The notes under the pieces were generated by a model. That model searched no databases. It saw nothing but the letters and a program-made list of their open reading frames with translations, and had not been told where the DNA came from. Positions 17,531 through 29,549 of a DNA stretch of 36,163 nucleotides are shown piece by piece (the first letter of the stretch is position 1; each line of letters starts with the position of its first letter). The stretch covers positions 1 through 36,163 of the forward strand of contig NIVC01004751.1 of assembly GCA_002269645.1 (NCBI GenBank), in the 5' to 3' direction. A program made the translations under genes and the position numbers. The DNA is from Macrostomum lignano. Taxonomy: Eukaryota.

Positions 17531-20500
17531 TCAGCTCGCGCGGCAGCGGGGCTCCGGCTCGTCTTCATCAGCATCACTGTCACTGGCGGCAGGGACGATG
17601 CGGTAGCCCATGCTCCTCAGCATCTGTTCCAGCGGGTCCGCGTGCATCAGCCGCTGGTTCCTGGACACGGCGTCGTCAAGCTCAGGCACGGGCGCCGCGA
17701 TCTGTCCGGCGGGTTCAGCCTCCATCTCCCCGCCATCGCCAATGTCGGGTTGCTGCTGGGGCGACCACAGGCGGACCACAGGGTCAATGCCGCTGGTTGC
17801 CAGCAAGCAGGTGGTGGGATGCGGCTGAAAGGAATCGAAAGCGTGTGGAGAGACACTATGCGCTTCAAGTTAGTTGGCAAAGCCAAAGCGAGTGAATACA
17901 GCTCAGCAGGCGCTAGTCTAACCTGAAGGCAGTTGACAATTGACTCATCGCCCTTGAGAGCTCTCAGCAGCAGGCCGGACCGCCGATCCCAGATAAAGAA
18001 GTTGCCGTCATCGGAGCCAGCAGTGAGGAAGTCTTGACCAAAGAAGTTCGCCTCCTTTATATCCGTGGTGGTGTTGCAGTGGCCAACAAACCTCTCGCGC
18101 AGGTCGAGGGCATTTTTCCGCAGCTGGCGCTCCGCCTCTGTCAGTTGCAGCGGCTGTGAGTGAGCTGCCTGTCCCGACTCCAGCTTCTCCAGACTGGAGA
18201 CCAGCTCCTTGAAAGAGGAGCTCTGCGCGTGCTGGGGAAACCGCTGCCTGAACTGGTTGACGCATTGCTGGGCCTCCTCTTGCCAGCCCATGTCGCAGAA
18301 GGCCCGAGCCAGACGGTATAGCGCCTGGTGAAGCGAGATGGGAATATTGAGTGTCAATCTGAATCGCGACTCTGGTGACTGGGGATTTCCGCAACCAGGC
18401 CGAGATAACTATATTCAAATTTTGATACGCTCATAGCTGCCTTATGCTTTTTTCATCCTTTTATTGTAGTCATACCTTTTGCGCCGGAGCTAGAAATACA
18501 AAAGCTTCGTTCCTGTCGACATGGTCAGCTGGGCTGGCCATAGACTATAGCTAGAATCTTATTGCGTCCCTGTGCAAAGCCTTTCTAGCCGAGAAGGGAG
18601 CATTTTGAACTCGGCTTGGACAAGTCTAGGGTCAAAAAAGCAGTTTCAACAAGCATTTTACTTAATGCTCTCTAAAGAGATTATGCAGTGTGTACACTCG
18701 ATATCTAGCTATAGACACTACGGTTCGCTTTAAAATCTGCAAGCAGGCCTTTTTGAAAGAGAAAGCACTGCACCTACTTAATAAGCACTTAATTCGAGTA
18801 GTGCATCATTTTATTCAAAAGTAAATCAGCTGCAACTATGGAAATTTTGCATACATCGGATTCTGAGACTGATGATGTCATCACAGAGAATGCTGAAATC
18901 GAGTCGCTGCATTCCATTACAGATAAGTAGGACTAATTTCACCCATTTTTCGTAAATGCGCTGCTGACCATGCTCGGCAGGAACGGCTACTATGCAGCAC
19001 ATAACTTTTCTTTTGCCATTGACTCCAAAAAATTACCAGAAGTAAAGGCTGTTGGTCCATGGTCAGCTCTGCTGAACATCCGGCAGCTCATAGTTAAAGT
19101 ATTTAAGCTTTCATTACCAATTAAAAGCATTGCTTGTGTCGGATTTCCATCCTCCAAATATTTGTACCTTCTGTTTTGCAATACTTCGACTCCCTTCGTC
19201 TACGATGCTCTTCGCCACAGACAATCCCAACCCCGTGAATTTAGCATAGATAATTCAGCTAACCTGTTCGCTATGTCAGTATAAATACAAGTTCAACTCG
19301 CGGCTTGGGCCCTTCACTTATTTTCCTGTTTTCTGCTCCGCTAATCGTTTACAATAAACTCGTTCTTCTATTCCCTATTGTCAACTTCGACAAACTGAAA
19401 TACAGAAAGTACAAATATTTGGAGGATGGAAATCCGACAGCTTAAAAACATCTCACTAGAAAACAGCAAGGCAGCATAAAATTTCAGATGTGAACCAAAA
19501 ATTCGATCAAGGACCAACCTTGTAGCAGTGAGGGTCGGCAGAGAGCGCTGTCTGGCAGTCGATGGCGGCCGCATAGGCATCCCCGTCCCAGCGTCTTTTC
19601 AACAGTGCGGCAGCACGGTTACTAAGCAGCAGCGGGCTGCGTGGCGCCAGCAACAGAGCTTTCGTATAAAGCCGGACGCTGGCGGCCACCTGATCATCCT
19701 GCAGTAGGCGGTTGGCTTCGGACTTCAGTTCCGCTGCGGAAGGTGGAAGCTCGACCTCGGTGGCTGGACAAGCGCGCTGGGCAGCCAGCAGCTCGGGCCA
19801 AAGTTGCAGCACTGGCTGATGGCTGCAGCCCAGCACGGATGTAGTGTACACTTGCTCTCCGCCCAAGTTTGCCACCAGGTCACGACCGTCCGGGCTGAAA
19901 GTCAGGTAGGTCACCGTCAGCTGTCGAGCCCGGCTGTTCGTGTAAGCTCGCGTCAGATGACCTGATGGAGAAGAATGATGGGAAATCAGTCTCGGCAGGG
20001 TAAACAATGCGGTTCGAGCGCCACGCAACTTTGAATGAGAATAAAAATAACGCCTAACCCTCTACAAGGTGGCCACTTGCAGCATAAAATGAAGCATATA
20101 CAGAACTTATAACTTTTCCTCCGCAGATACTTGTTAGTAGAACACAATGGAAACTTAGCATATGTTAATTTAATATACAAAAATGAAAATATTGCTTGTT
20201 ATAAACTAAAAAGCACATTATTGCTCGGTAGAGTCGGTAACGGCACTAACCGGGAATGTAGTACTGGCCGCTTTCCGCGTAGGAATTCGGGGCAGGAAAC
20301 TCTGCATCGCCCAGGGAAGTGGTAGAAGCTGCCTGGCTTTGGTTGTGACCGGCGCGACTGCAACGTTGGTCAAAGATATTGCATAGTTGCAGACGGGTAG
20401 ATAAAATTTAATAATGGAACTCTTGAATAGCGAGATTTGTTGCTCGAGTTACAGCTCGAACATAGGTTAACAAGCAGCACTTTATTCCTGTGAAGTAATA

Positions 20501-21851
20501 CAGGAAACAAAAACAAACAAGGTAGAACCGTGTGCTGCGTATAGCGGACTCTTGAATTTCCACGCAATTCCACAACACTCACGTGAGACTGAGCTTCCTG
20601 CGGTCGAAGAGACGTACGCAGTGGTCGTTGGCGCCTACAGCCAGCATCTCGCTGCGACATGGATTTACACTGAGACACTTGGCCTCCGCGTTCTGCTGCA
20701 GGAGGCAGCCGAGGTCAACCAGCACGTTGGCGGACTGCGGTCCAACTTCTTTTTCGCGCAGGTCGAATTGGCGGACGGTGCCGTCCTCACTGGCAGACCA
20801 AAACAGGAAGGCAGAATCTCCGGCGGTGGCCAGTCGCTTCACTCGCTGTGAGTGGCACTGCAGCGACCGCAGCGCTTGGCAGCGGCTAACATCGCTAATG
20901 ATAATGCGGGCATCCGCGGCCCCAGAGACTAGAGTGGTGTTAGAACTGTGCGGCAGAAAGTTCACCGAGAAAATGTTCCCAGAGTGGCCGGTTGGGATCC
21001 GAGCCAGGCTGCGACACCTGTGAGGATCCCACACCACGGCGTAGCAGTCATCTGAGCCAGAGGCTAGCAGGCTGCCGTCCCGGCTCCACTCAAGGCAGTT
21101 CACACAGCCGCTGTGGCCCTGAGAAACATAAACTGATGCATCTGAATTGCCTGCTCAGCAATCTTGCCAGTCATGCAGAGAAGTTAAGGACGGGAAGAAG
21201 ATGAGAGGAGAGGTGACAAACAGAATAAGAGATTGCCTACTAAAGAGTAGCAAGGAAAGAATGTGAAGCGAATCTCTCATACTATGTGCAAACTTTTGCG
21301 CAATGCAAGTCAAATAAAGCTTCTAATGCGCGTGCTCACAGAAGAGGCCCTATCTCAGCAGTTAAGATCAGTCGACGAGTAAGAACTCAGCAATATGAAT
21401 ACTCAGCATGTACTCAAAATGTATAGAAAATAAGTCACAATGATTTAATGAGTCTATACTTTATTTGAAAGGTTAAGCTAGAGGCGGGTTTAACAAGAGT
21501 CAATATGAAAATTAATGTAGCGTCTATCTGTCAATGTCTTAAATGAACACATGGCTTAGAGGCCAACTAGATGCAACTGATCGAACTGTAGACAACATTT
21601 TATATTTGTTGTAATATTTCCAATAAGCATTTCGGTGTCTATGAAAGAAATCCTTGTAAGTTTTCTATAGAGATGAGAAAATTTGATCAAGTAGAAAACC
21701 TTAATTGTTTATTGCAGATTTTATTAGAGGAATCAAGAACAATAGCTTTAACAAGGACTTAACTCACTTTTAACTCGTGTGCTAATCCCAGTCTGTTGAT
21801 GAAGTTGGCCGTCACTTGTTGTCTTCTTGCCAGGCCCAAATAGTAACCATC
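17531..21851 (-). CDS. WDTC1: WD and tetratricopeptide repeat protein 1 (adipose/DCAF9); start exon not located
   Basis: Exons 21851-21768, 21118-20583, 20357-20251, 19961-19519, 18324-17923 and 17824-17531; all phases consistent. Motifs FINRLGL, GHSGCVNCLEW, LASGSDD, TGHSGNIFSV, TPR NRAAALLKRRWDGD, GHCNTTTDIKEANFFG, LATSGIDPVVRLWSP. Confidence 0.93.
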
Positions 21852-22094
21852 CTGACAATAATACAACATAACATTACAGTTATAATATAAATCACCAAAT
21901 TTGACAAAAATCGAACAAATATATAAACATAGCATTATCTATGTATCAAAAAAATATTGACTTAAACTCACACCATATAATTGACTCTGATTGGGCAGCA
22001 GACTATGATCCTAGATAAGCCAATGATCCTAGGAGCTAGATTGCTAGAATTCTTCTTTAGAGGAGTAATAAGAAACATACTAGGGTAGACAGTA

Positions 22095-22500
22095 CCTCTC
22101 TCCTCTTCCTCTCCTTTCTCCTCTCCTCTCATCTCATCTCTTTCCTCTCCTCTCATCTCCTCACATCTTTCCTTTCCTTTTATCTCCTCACCTCTCCTCT
22201 CCTCTCTCTTTTCCTCTTCTCTGTCTTCTCCTCTCACCTCTTTCCTTTCCTCTCTCCTCTCCTCTCCTCCTCTCCTCTCATCTTTTCACCTCTTTCCTCT
22301 CCTCTCATCTCCTTTTTCCTCTCCATTCTCTTCTCCCTTCCCTCCTCTCTCCTCTCCTCATTCATTTCCCTTCTCTTCTCTCCTCTCCTATTTCATCTCT
22401 CCTCTCATCTACTCTCTTCTCCTTTATTCCTTCGCCTCTCCTTTCTCCTATGCTTGTATTTCTCTTCTCTATTTCTTAACTCTGGGCTCTCTACCTCCTC
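22095..22500. repeat. Polypyrimidine/polypurine (CTCCT/CTCTT)n degenerate microsatellite
   Basis: About 400 bp almost entirely C/T on the + strand. Confidence 0.9.
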
Positions 22501-25500
22501 TGGCCCGCAGTCATTAGGACTCTTGGGCCCACTTTGCTTAGGGGCCCAGTGAAGCAGACCCAAAAGGGCAGTCATGAGCTGGGTTCTCATTCTGGCCTCT
22601 TGAGGTAAAAAGTTTGTTGACCCCTGCACTACTCATAAAAGCACTAGGCTTAGGCACATTCGATAAAAACTGTAGTGGAATGGGATTGAGAGCAACATGA
22701 ATTATTATATGCCTACATACCCAATTGTAGTCTACATCTACATCTCTAATCAGGTAGTGCTTCAACAGATTAGCATCACTTCTGCACTTGCCGATAAAGA
22801 AACAGTTAGAAATTCCACTGCTGATGACTACAATGTCACAGATTCAAGGTAATTAGATATTTCAGTCTGTCTGGGTTTTGATCCTTAAAGACTTAGGCAT
22901 AGGAATTTGTTTCAAAAAGTGGGGGGAGGGGCAGGCCAAGAAATTAGCACACACTAGCATGCAAAGCTATTGCCAGATCAACCTATATATATGCATTATA
23001 ACTTAACTACATGTATGTATACATTTATTTTAACAGAGGCTCTCCAAAAGCAAATTGAGACTTAGCTGAGTTGGATGAGTGGTGGCCAGTCTAGCCCCAA
23101 ACCTGCAGTAGCATAGCGCTTCCAAGAGGAGCTAACGCGGTGGAAACAGAGCTAACTGAGTACCTGGCTGATAGCACTCCAATGCCAAGGCCAAAGATGG
23201 CTAAACTACACATACAAAGTATACTGCACTAGTAGGATTGCAATAGTCAATGGTTCCCACGACTGGCACATGCCACCTCCTAACTTCTAGCAGTGCAGCC
23301 AAGTAGTGCTAATTTAGAATGCTTATTTAGTGTAGAATCGCTAATGCTAACTGACAAGCACAACTATCTTCAACCAGAAACAGCCGACCATCTACTTTTC
23401 ATTGAAGCAAGCTTGAACATATAATGAACTATTAAACTCTTTTCAAATATGTTTCAAACAAAAAAACACTTATTTTTTGTCCAATGGCAATTGAATTATG
23501 ATTTTATGATTTTATATTTTATGATTTTGATTTCAATTCCAAAGTACCAAAAATTTTGATTTTGATTTTGATATAAAAAAATTTCAATCCATCACTAAAT
23601 GTGGCAGCCATGGAATTATTCTATAAAGCAGAATCAACCCATAGCTATAGGCTTAGGCCTTAGGTTGTAGGACATATAGATAATGTAAAAGCTTTTATTT
23701 TAAACAAAGAAAATTATATTTATATATTGAATAGTTATTAAATATCCCTATTTAATTTTAATTATTAAAAATAGTTAGATAATAGATTTCTATTTTAAAT
23801 ATATATTTTTATCTTTTTTATATTTTATATACTGAACTTTAAATACTGTTAATTATTGGCTTTGCATATGCCTATTATTATGAACTTTTAATTTTATACT
23901 AGAACTTTTTTACTTTTGTTTAATTTTAAAATATAAGCTATACTTTTTTTAAATATCACAATTTCTATAAGTTTTTTAATGAAAAAATAACAGTTTTTTG
24001 TTAGGCCTATCTCAATCTAAACCACTATTATTAGTTAGATTTAGAATAACTAGATTAGATAGGCTATTCAACACATAATGCCATGGTTATATTTAGGCCT
24101 TAGGATATACAAAATTTAAAATACAGCAGACAATGATGAAAACAAACCCTAAACAAGAACTTATATGAGATTTGTTGAATTAGTTCAATTTAATTAATTA
24201 CCTTTGTCTTTGGTGGCTGGATATGCATGAAGCTTAAACTTGAAAAGGTTTTAAAATTCCAGTTAGGATTGAAATCCATTGTTTAAAACTTAGCCTTAAT
24301 CAAAGTATAATTTTCAGTAGGCTATGCACTATGCTACTGGCACAATGAATATGACTGGGGACCTAAACCTTTGTCCTTATTAGGCCTAGGCTTAGCTGCT
24401 TAGTGCCAACCTAAATGGATTAGTAAGTCAAGGAAGGCTACTTGCCGCTACTAGGCTTAGTACAAATCCTGCCAATAATGACATTACACTTATAGGCCTA
24501 CAACAAGCAAATATAAAGCTTTTCAATCGTTTTTTGTTAGGCCTTGCTTTTTGGATAGCCTAGGGCAGGCCTAGGGCCTACTTCTGTTCTGAGTCTGTGA
24601 TGCACACGATAATACTAGCCTAGATATATAGATATAGAATAGGCTAAGGCTAAACGGCCAATGGCTATAGCTATAACTAGGTAGAACTCTGAGAAATAAC
24701 TGATTAATTTAATTTATTGATTGATGGCCCGTGCAGGTTTGTAATAAGTGGTTATTTAATGATAATGTACCTGTTACGTATCAAACCCATATATGTTCGA
24801 AGCCTCCCACAGTGTAAACCCACCCATTAGTGTAATCTTTGCAACTATACGCAAATACGTCATATTTTTCCTGCGTGGAAAATCTCTTTTACACCCAGTG
24901 TAACCGTATGTAGGCCCCCACTCCCATTTTTTCGTTTTAATGTAATTCCATAGGTTTCCACCCGGTGTTAATCGTCACCACCCGGTAAAAACCCTTCTTT
25001 CCACTGCGTGTAACTTCTACCCGGGAGCAACTCCAGGACTCATTTCCCATCAGGTGGCTCTTGAAAGTCTATTTAAGAGTCTACGCTCGCCCGTTCTGGA
25101 AACTAAATACTAACTCAACCCTAGTCTTTTAATTCCAATACCCGAGGTCCATACATACATACATACACGTCCTACATGTACCTGCAAGCCCGCGCCGAAT
25201 TAACCGAATCCCAACCAGCTCCCAGCTTCCCGACTCTAACGGCGCGTAGTAATTCATTTTAAATTATTAAGCTATTATATCGTTAAAACAAACCCTTATC
25301 TTAAGCTGTTTTGTTCGCTTATCCGATCCTTAGAAATTAAGCCATCTACATGTAAAAGATCGAGTTCCCAGGTAATTCTAGCTAATACAGTCTCAAAACT
25401 TTTCCTCCGCAAATTACCGCGGTATGATGGTAGCGACCTACTACAAGCTAGTAATCTATTCGATAAATCTACTACATTCTACTACGATTCTCCGTATAGA

Positions 25501-27579
25501 CGTATAGCGGCTTACAATGCAGCAAAATCCAGCTGTTTGCTAAGCTATATTAGACATTCTGATCGAAGGACGGCATACCGCTTTCTTTGGCGCTATACAT
25601 GTACGTGCAGCAGTTGTCGTTGATGCCGTCTCTGATGGGTAAGGACGCAGCGTGGATTACATGTAGATTATTCCTTTGTTACTCTTCTTGATGGCTCCGA
25701 GCTAGATCGCTGTCTGCATGGTTTCGGCAGGGACCCAGCTCTGATGCCCACACATGCGCGGCCAGTTTCGACCTCCTCCCAGGGGACTCAACCATCTGGG
25801 TAGGTTCCCTTGCAAAGAGCGGATTCGTAGTTGCTGACTTCCGTGGGTGGCTGATTGAGCTGGCTCGTTGAGAAAGGAATTTCTATGGCGCAGTCCAACA
25901 CAGAGAAACTTTGTATTCGCACAGTCAAACAGCTTCGGTCAGCACAACTCCCCAGCTGATAAAGAAATTAAGCAACCATGATGCAAGCCAGAGCTGGCGG
26001 TGGGGTCAGTGCTGGGGCTAATAATGGCTGCATGGACTGGCGGCCGGGTTGACAAGTTAGGTGATTTGGAAGCAGTTAAGTCGGCATGCATTAACAGATG
26101 ACAAGCAAGGAAGACGGGAGAAAATAAAGCGGTAGATGAGGCGCTGGGGGAAACGGCAAATGAGATGGCAGGGGGGACAAAGGGCGAAACGGCGTCTTAT
26201 CAGTTTTTAGGACCCGAGCCCTCGCTGTGATGACGGGCCGTGTGCTGAGCCTCGAAAATTCGGCAAACGTGTGCGAAATTGTATAGGGCTGCCTCTGGCA
26301 TTCCGCGGCTGCTTTTGAATTAAAGGCCGCAAATCGTCTGGCCCCAGGCTGTTTGTTTCCTGCATGTACATGTAGACTTCTTCATGCTTGTTTTTTGCCA
26401 GTTTTTGGACGCGGTCAGGTGCTTATTATAAAATTGAGGTCTGGGCTGCCCCCAGTCTCTAGCTGCCATTAATTCGTGCTGTATCCGACCCATGCCCTGA
26501 TCACATCGTACATGTACATGTACTACTGTAGGATGAATTCCAATCGTACTGGTCTGCTTTCATGAGCTAGTCAATACGCATCCCTTAAACTGAAGTTAAG
26601 CAAACTGCCGTACACCGATAGTTCCATCGCTTCTTTTAAGAGAAAGAGATGATGATCTTGGGCTTCAGCAGCTATACATTTTTTGGCGTAGTGGATTTTT
26701 CCCAGTGCTGAGATGCTGTCGAGGCTGAGTGCATCGCTCCTCGCCGTGACACCATTGCGATCGTGCTTCAGACAAGCCATATTCTCCCGCCTACCACCCA
26801 CAATTAAGTTGGGAGTGAGCAGAGGGCTTCAAGCCGACCGCAGCACGACTGAAAGCGGACAAAAAGTGCTGAAATCGGGTCGACATCTGCAGCTGTGGCG
26901 GCGGTCTGCAGATCTATTTCCTGTCGGTGTTGCACCTTTTGCTTCTATAAATCTTCTACCATATGTGGCTGCGCGATTTGCGACTGGGCTCTCTAGCGCT
27001 ATATACCTCAGATGCGGGATGGCATTGTGGAAGTGTAGCTCGTCTAACAAATAGTAGGAAAATAAACGTCAACATGTTTTATCTTTTTGTTGACGTTTAT
27101 TTTCCTACGGGATGGAATATACTCGGTCATTAGTGTGCTGTACATACGTCAATTTTCTCACCAATATGGCTCGATCGGCCTTGCAATCAATTTTTGTCGC
27201 ATAATCAGTTGTATAAACGTCCAAACAATTTTACGCATTACATATTCTTCCAACAATTTTAATTCATCATACTTACAGTCAGTATCGTGTGCAGCATTAC
27301 TGCTTCTACACATTTATTCGTAAATTTGGAAATCAAAATTGAATCTAGCGAACAGTTCAGCTATTTCATATGCAGTTTCTATAAAAAAAACTCAAACGCC
27401 ATCATTTTTGCACTCAAATTTGCGTCACAGCTAAAACTTAGCGACTTGTATGATCTAACAGTTATTTTGACTCGCTTTGCAAAATGACACTCAAGTTTCT
27501 CATATACGCTCGTACGTATAGTCGCACGCTTATATTTGTTACTTGACAGAAAACTTAACCCACATGCTGCAATACATGT

Positions 27580-27990
27580 ATGGCTCAGCAAGACCGTAAA
27601 AACCGAACGACAAATACAGATCGACAACGGCTAGTTGATGCTTTTGAAGCTGGCGAATACTGGAAAGTGCTGGGAAGCATTCTAAACATCAAGATATCAA
27701 CAGAAAAATTGATTATCGCTATCTGCGTTTGAGAAGCCCGTACTGCCAATCTGAGGTTGGCGGAAGAAGGCATGTAAAGACGGACGCTGAAATGTTGGCC
27801 AGATCCTATCCGAGAGGCAGTTTGTGACTGGCCGAAGCTGGACCAGAGATGGCCTGGGAAGCCGCCCTGTGTCCGTCTCTACTATCGCCAAAGTGCTGGA
27901 AGAGCAATTAATTCATACATGCAAAACTGAAGGCAAGGATGCAGATGTTCCTCTGGAAAGCAATCGACCTTGAAGTCATCTACTTTAATG
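27580..27990 (+). mobile_element. Tc1/IS630-like transposase N-terminal remnant
   Basis: MAQQ...TDRQRLVDAFEAGE...LNIKISTE, VGGRRHVKTDAEM, PVSVSTIAKVLEEQLI, DVPLESNR across stops and frameshifts. No catalytic domain or TIRs seen. Confidence 0.6.
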
Positions 27991-29549
27991 GGTATCAATA
28001 TAGGAAAGAATACGTCAGAGATGCAAGAATGTTGTTTGAAATGCTTCATCAGTTAGGATTAGCAACGTTGGACTCAATCTACAGAAAAAACAACTAAATC
28101 GATCACTTTGCTTACAAATGAAAAATTCATTAGTCTCAGTATAATTACTGCGGAGAAAATTAAACTGTCTGAACATATTTTACAATGATGACGCCATTGA
28201 AAAATAGGGGTAGTTAGCTAAAACTGAAAACTGAAAGGAAATTTTGCGCGAAAGACAAAAAAAATTTGCGAGTGAAACGTTGACAAGACAATCAAAGTTG
28301 AGAATCAAAATCGTCTGAATCGAAACTGTCAGCAATTAGAGCAAGAGCAATACGTTAGAGCGAGCGCCTGATAACCGAGGATGAATTAATACGTTGATGT
28401 AAATCCGATATGAATCTAAAGCATGGAATTACGAGCAGTAGTAAGTTATTTAGTATATATGTGGATATATAGTGTTAGTAAGAGCGGAAAGCCAGGAGAT
28501 ATATTACAGTTTAACCCGGCGCGGACTCCTGGATAAAATATGCTGGTCACGGAGAATGAGGTATCAAACGCCGAATGCCAGCTGTCACAATAAATATTTG
28601 GATGGCATGGCCACACTACAAGACTGTACATTATGAAAAGATAAAACTTACAACATGCGGCTTGAATGAACTACATGCAATTTACGTACATGTAGGAAGT
28701 TTTTTACGAGCATTGTTCCTTTTATTAAAATCATTTAATTAAAAAATCTGTAGTTAATGCACCCCAAAAAGCCAATATTTTACACCCACTGTTTACCCAG
28801 CCCAGCGCAGACGCCAAGCTCAAGTTCATTAAACTTGAAACGTAAACCTGAAGAACTAGTTTTCATATTAAAAATTATGAACTGAAAACATTAGTTAACA
28901 TTCGAAAGTATTACTTACACCCAGAAAGTACAACATTAGCTACAAAAACTGAAGACAAAAAAACAATTTCTAAGAGTTTCAAAGAGTTTCTGCTTGCACC
29001 TGCAGAATTCTTGGTTTGTACCACTTAATTGGTACGAGCTACTTGATTAAAAAACAAGCCCGACAGCTCAAACAATGAAATGAGATGGATAAAAGGGGTA
29101 TTTGCTGCGACAGAGTTTTGCACCCCGAGCACCTGCTTTGTCTTAATAAATAGCGCGTATTTATTACTGCTCACATAAGCATAACACATCCGATGAATCT
29201 ATACATTGCAGACTAACGAAATCATTCAGTAAGTAACAGCTATTTCTAAAAGCCAACGCAGGCCTTAAGTCCCCTTTACATCGGTTTTTGACATCATTGT
29301 GAGCAATCTAAATTTACACTATTGGCTGAAAGATGATTAAGTTGATGACCGAAAATAGTTTGTACTGGCCGCAGAACAGCAGCAGCAGGTCCTTTAGACT
29401 CACTACCGCTCGAAAAGCATTAAGTACAGCATTTCGCACCAGAGTGTGAGGCTCACCAAGTAAAAAAACAGATCAAATTAAAAGATCAACAGCGTTTTTT
29501 ATCAAAGTTTTACACATGAGGAGCAGGAGTTCAGAAACTCAAAATACCA

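Noticed and set aside
21968-22629. E/R/G-rich ORFs
   Set aside because: Artefacts of the CT-rich repeat.
25683-25795. Candidate WDTC1 start exon (MVESLGRRSKLAAHVWASELG...)
   Set aside because: It ends in phase 2 while the 21851 exon needs phase 0; unresolved without RNA data.
26571-27054. ORFs on both strands as a transposon or zinc-finger gene
   Set aside because: No motif I can support.
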